A stretch of 34,419 bases of DNA from NCBI GenBank assembly GCA_046484135.1, contig JAWOBU010000006.1:1-34419 (forward strand). Direction: 5' to 3'. This document shows, in pieces, positions 17,908 through 26,459 of this stretch (positions are counted from its first letter, which is position 1; each line of letters begins with the position of its first letter). The translations under genes were made by a program, and so were the position numbers. The notes below the pieces were generated by a model. The model ran no database searches and was not told the DNA's origin. It was given only the letters and a program-made list of their open reading frames with translations. Source of the DNA: a bacterium (GTDB lineage Bacteria; RBG-13-61-14; DATKZS01).

Positions 17908-18528
17908 ATGGGTTTAATGCCGTTGCCGAATCCGCCGGAAGGAACGAGTCTGTCAGAGTATTTCGAGAGCTGGCTGCCCGGGCAGTTGAGCGGTATCCGG
18001 GACGTACTCAAACAGAAGGCACCGGAGCTCCATCTCAAGGTGGGCTTCCGCGCCGAGGGAGAGGAAGGCGGGGACTGGAGCATGATAATCAAAAACGGAG
18101 AGCTCAGCTTCCAGAAGGGGCTGTCGGATGATTGCATGGTTATCTTTATCCTTTCCGACCGGGACTTCCAGGACGTGATCTCCGGAAAAAGACAGATGAT
18201 GCCCATGGGCGGACAAGCGAAGAAAGGGGGGGAAGAAATCCAGCCGGAGAGACTGGCCAAGCGCCTGAAAAAGACGGCGGAGTCCGTTAAAGAGATAAAG
18301 GGAATGATCGAGTTCGCGGTAAAAGGGGAAGAAGAGCCTGACTTCAGCGCCCGCATCAACTTCGGGCCCCTTCTGGACAAGCCCACCGTGAAGATCGGCC
18401 TCAGTGAAGCCGACATGAAGGCCATGCAGAAAGGCGAACTGAACCCGCAAACAGCCTTTATGCAGGGAAAAATGAAGATCGAAGGAGACTTCTCCTTCCT
18501 GCTCCAGCTAGCGCCACTGATGACGTAA
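17908..18528 (+). CDS. Tandem SCP2 sterol/lipid-binding domain protein
   Basis: GEEGGDWSMIIKNG...ILSDRDFQDVISG, and a second unit ending GELNPQTAFMQGKMKIEGD. Start may be ATG 17917. Confidence 0.85.
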   Translation: MGLMPLPNPPEGTSLSEYFESWLPGQLSGIRDVLKQKAPELHLKVGFRAEGEEGGDWSMIIKNGELSFQKGLSDDCMVIFILSDRDFQDVISGKRQMMPMGGQAKKGGEEIQPERLAKRLKKTAESVKEIKGMIEFAVKGEEEPDFSARINFGPLLDKPTVKIGLSEADMKAMQKGELNPQTAFMQGKMKIEGDFSFLLQLAPLMT

Positions 18529-18735
18529 ACCCGGCAGAGGGGGGAAGGAGACCGGATGAGCTCTCGAGGTTTCCGCGGCCGGTTGCCGGCTTCTTTCAGG
18601 TGGCCGGGCATGAAATTCGCAACTTTTGCCGTTGATTTGACAAGGCGAGCTTTATATGCTATTTATATAGTAATATATATATTGGTGGTCGGCCAAGTAC
18701 GTCTGGATCAACCTTTGGAACACGGAGATGAAAAA

Positions 18736-19317
18736 ATGAAAACCAGTAGCCTCTTAAAGGTCAAGTTGGCGGTAATGATCGCGGCCTTGAGCCTGGCCTC
18801 TTCCGCGTATGGACAATCGAAAGAAGAGCTTTGCTCCGTTACCCACCGGAAGCCGGACCTTTCCACCCAGCAGATAAAGCACGCCGAGTTCGTCCATTAC
18901 CTGGTAGTCATCTCCGGGCTCCCCGCCCCTTCGCCGGAAGGCAAGTCCACGGAAGAATACTACCAGCAAGAACTTTCCTTATTGGTTGACGCCGGGTACC
19001 CTCCCGCCCTTAAACAGATGGAAGCGGACCGGATCGTTACCAGAAGATACTTCGCTTCCATAATTTTCCAGATCGCCAAACAAACCGACCCGGCTTTCGC
19101 CACCCGTTACTCGGACTGTAAAGACGAACATTGCAAAATAAACGCCCTGGTTGAATCCGGCTGGATGCACTCCAAGACGGGAAACATTTACCGGGAAGAG
19201 ATTCTCTCCGTGTTGTGCTCCAAGGATATCCGGATAAAAAGAGAAGGGGTCGCCATTGATATAGAGCCCATCCTTCTTATGGGAGCGGAACTCGAAGCTC
19301 CGGCCAGTCCCATCTAA
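18736..19317 (+). CDS. Secreted hypothetical protein with three degenerate SLH-like motifs
   Basis: ATG 18736 after GGAG; signal peptide ending SAYG; motifs IKHAEFV..LV, VTRRYFASII and IYREEILSVL. The upstream AT-rich region contains TTGACA (18637). Confidence 0.6.
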   Translation: MKTSSLLKVKLAVMIAALSLASSAYGQSKEELCSVTHRKPDLSTQQIKHAEFVHYLVVISGLPAPSPEGKSTEEYYQQELSLLVDAGYPPALKQMEADRIVTRRYFASIIFQIAKQTDPAFATRYSDCKDEHCKINALVESGWMHSKTGNIYREEILSVLCSKDIRIKREGVAIDIEPILLMGAELEAPASPI

Positions 19318-19475
19318 TCCCTGGCAGGAAACGAACAAGAAACAAATAACCAAGGGAACACGGACAAGGAGAGCAAAAGACGGATTTAACAGCGGTATCC
19401 CCGATACGCCGCCGATCTTAATCACTTCAAAACCGAAAATTTTTAAGCTATAGCCGGACAAGGAGAATAGAGTCC

Positions 19476-21998
19476 ATGACCCAGGAGATCAGACATCCTT
19501 CAGAGCAGGCACATTTTTCAGTAAGCGAAGAGGAGCTAAACCTACAGGAGACGCTCCGGCCCTTGCTGAAACACCGCTGGGAAATACTTCTGTTTGTTTT
19601 ACTCGGCTTGTTGGTTGCTTTCCTCTACATACATCTGACCACTCCTTTATATCGGGCGGAGTCCACCATCATTCTCCGGATTAACAGCTCCACCAATGTT
19701 ATCCGGGAGCGAGAAGCCGAGGTCAAGGACCAGATCCGCAAGGAAGATTTTAACACCAACATGAAGACAATAAAATCCCTTCCTCTCGCTAAAAAACTGG
19801 TAAAGCAAATGATCGAACGGGGGTATTTCCAGGACGACCTGGAAAAGGTTGATTATTACAACATGGAAAAACAGAAGAAGGAAGAATTCGTGGCCCGCAA
19901 GGCCCGGAGCATAAAAAGCGGGCTCATGGTTGACAACCCTTCGGAGACAAATATGATCAACATCCAGTACGAGCATCCCGATCCGGTGTTCGCAAAGCAC
20001 GTCGTCAACGAGCTCGCTGAGCTGGCGGTTGAAAACAACAAGAAGGAACAGTTGCTCACTACGAAGAACTCGCTGTCCTACCTGAACGAGCAGTTGGACA
20101 AGTCCCGTAAGGAGCTAAAAGAAGCGGAGGCCGATCTGTACCGTTACCGGCAAAACCACGAGATTTTCCAGGCCGACATGGACAAAAAGTTAATTGGCCG
20201 GCAAAGGGCGGACCTCTCCGCCAAGCTGACGGACATAAGGGCCGAAATCCAGGAGCTGGAGTCAAAGACATCCGAGCTTGGCGCTCTGAAGAAAAAGAGA
20301 AACTTCACCAAGTACAACCCCCTGATCGAGGACAGCCGCATACTCAACTCCCTGCGGCAAGACCTGGTTCAAGCGGAAATAAAGTACGAGGAGCTCAAAG
20401 GCACTTACCTGGAAAACCATCCCGATATGAAAAAGACCAGGAGAAGGATCAAGGTCCTGAAGGACAAGTTCAAACAGGAGCTCATAATCACCCTGGAAAG
20501 ACTTAAATCCAAACTGAACGTGCTTGAATCCAAGGAGCGGTACCTGAAAAAATCTCTTGAGAAAATGGAAGATGCCGCCATAACGAGCACCGAAAAAGAC
20601 ATCGAGTACATCGTAATGGAAAGGGAATCCAACTCTGCCACTGAGCTTTACCGGACCCTTCTGTCCGCGGTCAAGGAAGTCAACGTAAACGCCAATAACC
20701 TCGCCAACAGCGTCATGTTCGTGCACAAAACAGCGGACACTCCTCCCTCACCGGTCAAACCCAACAAGCCCTTGAACTTAATGATGGGACTGGTAATGGG
20801 GGCCATGCTAGGATTGGCATGGGCTTATGGAATGGAGTACATGGACCAGAGCGTACAGACACCCGATGATATAAAGAAGCACACCTCCCTGAACGCGCTC
20901 TCCACCATCCCGCTGCTCCGGGAAAACACCGACTCTCCCACTCCCCTTTTATCCCGCCAGAACAAAAAATCCCTGTTCGTCGAGGGCATTACCGGACTGC
21001 GCACCCATCTGAAAGTACACATCCCCCAGGAAGCGCCTTATTCGATCCTCTTTACCAGCAGCATGCCCCAGGAAGGAAAAACACTCATAACCTCAAACGT
21101 AGCACTCTCTTTCGCACAGGACGGCAAGAAAACCATCATTGTGGACGGAGACCTCCATCACCCCTCCATCCACAAAAACTTCGGAGTGGACAGGGAAAAC
21201 GGAATTTTCGACCTCATCATTCAGGCGCTCAGCCCGGACTGGTCCGAGCTCGACCTGAAAAAGCTGAGCCTGGGAGACGCACTGTATCTCATCCGGTTAA
21301 AAGAGTGGTCCGGAACCATGAAGATAAACTGGGACTCACTGCCGCACCCGCTTACCATCTCTTACGAACAAGGCTCCGCCATATACTCGAATATCCAAAA
21401 GTGGAGAGACCGCTATGCCGACGAGAACGAGTTCCCACTGCCCAAAGACCTTAATTTCCAAATGGACGGCTCCGAACTGCCCGAGGTGACGGCCGAACAA
21501 CAATCCGGAAACGAAGCCCTCAACTTCCTGAAAAAGTACCCCCGCTTGTCCAAGTCCTCATTCTTCCGGCAGGCAATCCTCCAAAACTATGTTAAAGAAA
21601 CGGAGTTCGAGAACCTGGATGTCCTGACCGCAGGAACCTTCACGGATAACCCCGCCTTTCTGCTCGGCTCCCAACAAATGCAAATCCTTCTACAAATCCT
21701 GAAAGAAAATTATGACCGCATAATCATTGATACCCCGCCCGCATGGCCCCTCTCCGACGTCGGTATCATGTCTACATTAGTGGACGGAATCATATGGATC
21801 GCAAGGTCCGGAAAAACTCCCAGAAAAATGATGCAAACCAGCATCCAGCACATCATGGAAATTCAACCCAATGTACTGGGAGTGGTCATGAACGCGGTGG
21901 ACCTCAAAAAGAGCTTCTATTACTACTACGGCTATTACCCGTATCGCTATTACAAGTACGGCTACTACAAAAACTACCTCTCGGATGAAGAAAAATAA
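19476..21998 (+). CDS. Wzc-type polysaccharide co-polymerase / BY tyrosine autokinase with an internal insertion
   Basis: Two TM helices flank a coiled-coil domain (Y.ENHPD, PVKPN). Walker A SSMPQEGKT, A' IVDGDL, B IIIDTPP; tail SFYYYYGYYPYRYYKYGYYKNY. Confidence 0.93.
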   Translation: MTQEIRHPSEQAHFSVSEEELNLQETLRPLLKHRWEILLFVLLGLLVAFLYIHLTTPLYRAESTIILRINSSTNVIREREAEVKDQIRKEDFNTNMKTIKSLPLAKKLVKQMIERGYFQDDLEKVDYYNMEKQKKEEFVARKARSIKSGLMVDNPSETNMINIQYEHPDPVFAKHVVNELAELAVENNKKEQLLTTKNSLSYLNEQLDKSRKELKEAEADLYRYRQNHEIFQADMDKKLIGRQRADLSAKLTDIRAEIQELESKTSELGALKKKRNFTKYNPLIEDSRILNSLRQDLVQAEIKYEELKGTYLENHPDMKKTRRRIKVLKDKFKQELIITLERLKSKLNVLESKERYLKKSLEKMEDAAITSTEKDIEYIVMERESNSATELYRTLLSAVKEVNVNANNLANSVMFVHKTADTPPSPVKPNKPLNLMMGLVMGAMLGLAWAYGMEYMDQSVQTPDDIKKHTSLNALSTIPLLRENTDSPTPLLSRQNKKSLFVEGITGLRTHLKVHIPQEAPYSILFTSSMPQEGKTLITSNVALSFAQDGKKTIIVDGDLHHPSIHKNFGVDRENGIFDLIIQALSPDWSELDLKKLSLGDALYLIRLKEWSGTMKINWDSLPHPLTISYEQGSAIYSNIQKWRDRYADENEFPLPKDLNFQMDGSELPEVTAEQQSGNEALNFLKKYPRLSKSSFFRQAILQNYVKETEFENLDVLTAGTFTDNPAFLLGSQQMQILLQILKENYDRIIIDTPPAWPLSDVGIMSTLVDGIIWIARSGKTPRKMMQTSIQHIMEIQPNVLGVVMNAVDLKKSFYYYYGYYPYRYYKYGYYKNYLSDEEK

Positions 21999-22196
21999 AA
22001 GAGCCGCCGAATCGCCACCGCCGGGACCGTGCCGGGACCTGTTTTCTTTCCGAGCACTAAAAAACAACAACTGAACCTGAAAGAGCAAGGGACCAAAACA
22101 GGAAACCCCCTTGCGCTCTTCTGCCTGCAAAAGAGCGACAGCGACAAACCCGCCCTCTCATGCTACCCTGTGAACACGGGAGAAGCCAAAAAAAAG

Positions 22197-23141
22197 ATGA
22201 ACTCGAGCGATTGGGAAGACATCGTCGAAAAAGGACCGGTCCGGGCGGACAAGTGGCTTACGGAGAAGCTGCCGGCCTACTCCCGGAACCAGGCACGGGA
22301 GCTGATCCACACAGGCCGCGTCCGCGTGGAAGGCAGACGGCTCAAGAAAGGAGACCGTCTGCAAACCGGAGACATTGTCACTGTTACCGGTCTTGCCGCC
22401 GCCCACAGCCCGCTGCCGGAGCCTCGCAAGCTGGAGATCGCCTACCAGGACCCGGAGGTGGCAGTGGTGGAAAAACCCGCGGGGATGCCCACTCAGCCGC
22501 TCTCGCCGGAAGAGACCGGGACCCTGGCCAACGCCGCGCTTTATAAATGGCCCGGCCTGGAGAAAGTCGGCGACAATCTGCTGGAGCCAGGCATGGTCCA
22601 CCGCCTGGACACCAAGACCCACGGGCTCGTCCTCTTAGCGAAAAACCGGGAGGCCTTCGACTTTCTGAAAAGGGACCTCCGCATGCGGCGGATTAAAAAA
22701 TCCTACCGGGCCCTGGTACACGGCCAACTCAGAAAAAACAAGGGAAAGATAGACGCACCCCTGGCCCGGCATCCCTCCCGGCCCGGAACCATGGTCGTGG
22801 CCGACCCCGGAGTCCGCTTCCGCGGAAAACCAATGGACGCGCTCACCAGGTTCAAGGTGCTGGAAAGAAAAGATGAACTGACCCTCGTCGAGCTCGAGCT
22901 CGTAACCGGAGTCATGCACCAGCTCCGTGTCCACCTGGCCTCCATGGGACATCCCGTCATCGGAGACGACCGATACGGAGAAAAACCAGACCTCGACTCC
23001 CCAGCCTACGCACTCCAGTCATACCGGCTCAGCTTCATGCACCCACAAACCGGCGAAATAATAGACGTCCGCTGCCGGCACCCGCTCGGGTTCGACTTCC
23101 TCGAAAAGAACACCCGCACCACAGGAGAAGAAACCACCTGA
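22197..23141 (+). CDS. RluA-family (RluD/C-like) pseudouridine synthase
   Basis: S4 domain (RADKWL..SR...LI..GRV.V.G), KPAGM, VHRLDTKT, YRALVHG, TG..HQLRVHL..GHPVIGD..YG. Confidence 0.92.
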   Translation: MNSSDWEDIVEKGPVRADKWLTEKLPAYSRNQARELIHTGRVRVEGRRLKKGDRLQTGDIVTVTGLAAAHSPLPEPRKLEIAYQDPEVAVVEKPAGMPTQPLSPEETGTLANAALYKWPGLEKVGDNLLEPGMVHRLDTKTHGLVLLAKNREAFDFLKRDLRMRRIKKSYRALVHGQLRKNKGKIDAPLARHPSRPGTMVVADPGVRFRGKPMDALTRFKVLERKDELTLVELELVTGVMHQLRVHLASMGHPVIGDDRYGEKPDLDSPAYALQSYRLSFMHPQTGEIIDVRCRHPLGFDFLEKNTRTTGEETT

Positions 23142-23274
23142 AGCAGCCCCCACCACGGCTCTATCAAGCGATTTTGTCACTTCAGAAAAAATATGTGCCC
23201 GCCGAGACGCATTAGCCGCGACTTATGCCGTCCGCCCTTGTGGCGGCCGCGGATTTTTTTTAAACTAATACACC

Positions 23275-25353
23275 ATGGAGCTTTCCAACAAGAAAAAGAA
23301 GGCCATTGTGCGGGCGTATTCTTCCCGCTCTATATCCAGTCTGGCCCGACAGTACGGGTTGTCCTCCCGCCAAGTAAAGACGGTCCTTCGGGAAGCGGGC
23401 GCCCTGCCCCGCCCTTCCTGGAAGATGCCGATTATAATCCTGTGCTCGCTGGCCGCGCTCGCGGCCGCGGCAACCGCGGCCTACTGGCTCGCAAACCGGC
23501 CGTCCCGGTCGGCGCTCTCCGATGTTCGGGACCAACTGAACGTGCTCTTCGTTACCATTGACACCTGCCGGGCCGACCACCTTGGCTGTTACGGCTATAA
23601 GAAAGCACACACCCCGGTGGTGGACGCGCTCGCCCGAGAGGGCGTGCGCTTTAAAAAAGCATACTCTCATCAGCCCATCACCCTGCCGTCCCATGCCACC
23701 GTCTTGACCGGCACTCATCCCGCCTATCACGGCGTCCACGACAACGGGCTTTTCCGGTTGCCGGACAAAGCAGCCACCCTGGCGGAAACCATGAAAGAAA
23801 ACGGGTTCGCTACCGCAGCCATCATCAGCGCCTATGTCATGCACCGCCAGTACGGCCTCGACCAGGGGTTCGATCATTACGACGACTCGCTCTCATCGCG
23901 CAAAACCAGCGCCGGCGCCGGCTTCGTCGAGATGAAGGCCCAAGAGGTCTCCGACCGGGGACTCGCCTGGATCAAAGAACACCGCCGTAAAAGATGGATG
24001 CTCTGGCTCCATTACTTTGACCCGCATAAATACTATGACCCCCCACCCAAGTACCGGCGTATGACCGACCACCCGTATGACGGAGAAATCGCTTATGCCG
24101 ACCACGAACTGGGACGCGTGATAAATTACCTGGAAGAGGAAGACCTCCGCAGGAAAACCCTTATCATCGTAACCTCTGACCACGGCGAGGGGCTGGGTGA
24201 GCACGGCGAATCAACCCACATGATATTCCTCTATAACACCACCACCCGAGTGCCGCTCATCGTGTCCCTGCCCGGCGTCATACCAGAGGGAAGAACCACC
24301 AACCGGGTCGCCTCCCTCATGGACCTCGCTCCCACTATACTGGACATAGTGAACATATCGCCGCCCACCTCCATGCAGGGACGGTCCCTCTTGAATCTCT
24401 TATTTGGAGAGCCCCAAAACTGGAAACAACAGCCCGTTCTCATGGAAACCCGCGCCCCCTGGCACCAGTACGGATGGAGCCCGCTCAAGGCCATAGTCAA
24501 AAACGGCTATAAGTACGTCCAGGCTCCCAAGCCCGAACTCTATAACCTGGAGCGAGACCCGCAAGAAACCAGGAACCTCTATGAAGAAAAGAAAGGCAGG
24601 GCAAAAGCCATGGCCCGGGAGCTCCAAAAGCTCCGGCAAAGTTATGCCCAAGGCTCCCTGCAAGAACAGAGCGAGCGGAAGATGGACTCGGAGGCACAGG
24701 AAAAACTCGCCAGTCTCGGGTACGTCTTCGCAGGCGGAAGACCGGCCGAACCTATGGCCATGGCCCCGGACCCCAAAGACAGGAAGGAAAGCTTGAACCG
24801 GATCAACCGAGCACATACCCTTTATAACCAGGGAGAAAAAGAAGAGGCCATAAGCCTCATGAAAGAAGTGGTAAGGAAGAACCCACGCAACCGGCGGGCC
24901 GGGAACCGGCTCTCCATCTGGTACATACATACCGGCCAACGTAAGAAAGCGGAAAAGGTCCTCAAACGCATAGTGGACCAGGACCCCGGATTCGTCGAGG
25001 CCTGGTATAACCTCGGCTCCGTGTACATGGACACCGGCCGGCTCGAAAAGACCATCGCCATTGCCGAAACCCTTATCGAAAGGAACCCGGATTACGCCAA
25101 AGGCTATAACCTGAAAGGGGCCGCTCTCTCCAGGATGGGAAAACACCGCATCGCCGTCAAGAACTATAAAAAGGCCGTCGAGCTGTTTCAAACCTATGAC
25201 GAAGCATGGTTCAACCTCGGAACTGCTTACCAGAACACGGGCAAAGACCGACAGGCGCTCCAGGCTTATAAAAAAGCACTCGAGGTGATCCCCTCCAAGG
25301 AAAAGTACCAGAGGTTTGTCCGCGCCCAGGAAAAAAAACTCTCAAAAAAGTAA
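23275..25353 (+). CDS. Sulfatase-like (alkaline phosphatase superfamily) hydrolase with N-terminal HTH-like segment + TM and C-terminal TPRs
   Basis: NVLFVTIDTCRADHL, ITLPSH, HYFDPH, YDGEIAYAD, TSDHGE, ELYNLERDP and LASLGY, followed by TPRs (EAWYNLG, EAWFNLG). Confidence 0.9.
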   Translation: MELSNKKKKAIVRAYSSRSISSLARQYGLSSRQVKTVLREAGALPRPSWKMPIIILCSLAALAAAATAAYWLANRPSRSALSDVRDQLNVLFVTIDTCRADHLGCYGYKKAHTPVVDALAREGVRFKKAYSHQPITLPSHATVLTGTHPAYHGVHDNGLFRLPDKAATLAETMKENGFATAAIISAYVMHRQYGLDQGFDHYDDSLSSRKTSAGAGFVEMKAQEVSDRGLAWIKEHRRKRWMLWLHYFDPHKYYDPPPKYRRMTDHPYDGEIAYADHELGRVINYLEEEDLRRKTLIIVTSDHGEGLGEHGESTHMIFLYNTTTRVPLIVSLPGVIPEGRTTNRVASLMDLAPTILDIVNISPPTSMQGRSLLNLLFGEPQNWKQQPVLMETRAPWHQYGWSPLKAIVKNGYKYVQAPKPELYNLERDPQETRNLYEEKKGRAKAMARELQKLRQSYAQGSLQEQSERKMDSEAQEKLASLGYVFAGGRPAEPMAMAPDPKDRKESLNRINRAHTLYNQGEKEEAISLMKEVVRKNPRNRRAGNRLSIWYIHTGQRKKAEKVLKRIVDQDPGFVEAWYNLGSVYMDTGRLEKTIAIAETLIERNPDYAKGYNLKGAALSRMGKHRIAVKNYKKAVELFQTYDEAWFNLGTAYQNTGKDRQALQAYKKALEVIPSKEKYQRFVRAQEKKLSKK

Positions 25354-25379
25354 TACGTAAAAGCAAAAGGAGGACTATC

Positions 25380-25838
25380 ATGGCTGAATTAATGAGCGTA
25401 GAGAAGATGAAAGAGCACGTGGGACAAGAGATCGGTGTCTCTGACTGGCTCCAGATCAGCCAGGACCGCATCAACGCCTTCGCCGATTGCACCGAGGACC
25501 ACCAGTTTATCCACGTGGACGAAGAAGCGGCCAAAAACGGACCGTTCGGCACGACCATCGCCCACGGATACCTCACCCTGTCCCTGCTCTCCTACTTCGG
25601 AGCACAGACCGCGCTTCTGCCCGAGGGAATGAAGATGGCCATCAACTACGGCCTCAACAAGGTAAGGTTCCTGGCCCCCGTCAAGGTAGACTCCCGCATC
25701 CGCAACCGGGCGGTGCTAAAAAGCGTGGAGGAAAAAGGCGGCGGCAGGGTACTGGTTACCACCGAAAACACCGTGGAAATAGAAGGGGAAGAAAAGCCCG
25801 CCATGGTGGCCGAGTCGCTCGCCATGTATTTCACCTGA
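25380..25838 (+). CDS. MaoC-family (R)-hydratase, NodN-like
   Basis: FADCTEDHQFIHVD, FGTTIAHGYLTLS and NYGLNKVRF..PV. Confidence 0.93.
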   Translation: MAELMSVEKMKEHVGQEIGVSDWLQISQDRINAFADCTEDHQFIHVDEEAAKNGPFGTTIAHGYLTLSLLSYFGAQTALLPEGMKMAINYGLNKVRFLAPVKVDSRIRNRAVLKSVEEKGGGRVLVTTENTVEIEGEEKPAMVAESLAMYFT

Positions 25839-26223
25839 AGAACTCCCCGGAAGAAGGCTCCACTTCTGCCCCTTTATTAAGCGGGGAGAGAAACTCCGAT
25901 GGTCGTGGCGAGCCGGCCAGATCCAAGGGGAGTTTCGTGCCTCGCGTGATCATAATAAAGCTCGAGGGATGGAGACCGCATGAAAACAGAGGTTGCGGGG
26001 ATTCGCGGCGAGGTAAAGAGGAGGTTGAGCCATCCGCCGCACACCCTCCTTATTGAATGAGACGCGCTCTTTTCCTTCCAATTCCACCAACCCGTGCAAA
26101 GCTATTGTCTTTCAATAACCTATCTTGACCGACTCGCGATTTGGGACGATTTTCCCGGAGTCCCCAAAAGAACAACACACCCGCAGTGGGAGATGCCGCG
26201 AGGATGGTCTTATTCAAAAAGGA

Positions 26224-26364
26224 CGCGGAGGCAGTCTGCAGGTTCATGCCCACGCCCCCGGCCTCGATGGAAAGGAAGAGGTTTTTGTCTTCGCGGAACC
26301 TTTTGAGCAGGTCCTTGTGCTTTCCGCTGAAGACCACCCCATGCAGAAAAGCGTGTCCGTAAAA
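26224..26364 (-). pseudogene. Internal fragment of an SNF2-family helicase C-terminal domain
   Basis: AFLHGVVFSGKHKDLLKRFREDKNLFLSIEAGGVGMNLQTASA corresponds to the HG....R..L..RF....FLST.AGG.GLNLQ.A region. The flanks are unrelated. Confidence 0.7.
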
Positions 26365-26459
26365 CCTGTGATAAAATGAAGTGTTACTCGATTGACTGCT
26401 TCGAGATTGAGACAAGCTGAAAAGCGGCTCGGGGATGACCTAAAGGAAGGTTTACGACA

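Noticed and set aside
18556..18735. N-terminal extensions in the ORF track (also 22029-22196, 14009-14074, 1181-1246)
   Set aside because: They run through promoter-like or overlapping sequence; downstream starts have RBSs and family-typical N-termini.
21915..21980. TAC/TAT-rich tract as a microsatellite
   Set aside because: It encodes the normal C-terminal tyrosine cluster of BY-kinases.
25875..26045. Minus-strand reading VCGGWL...RSPSLELYYDH...TTIGVSL as a GyrI-like domain remnant
   Set aside because: The resemblance rests on a few residues; it cannot be supported without a search.
26224..26364. SNF2 fragment as part of an active anti-phage defence system
   Set aside because: Only about 47 degenerate codons remain and no partner genes are present.
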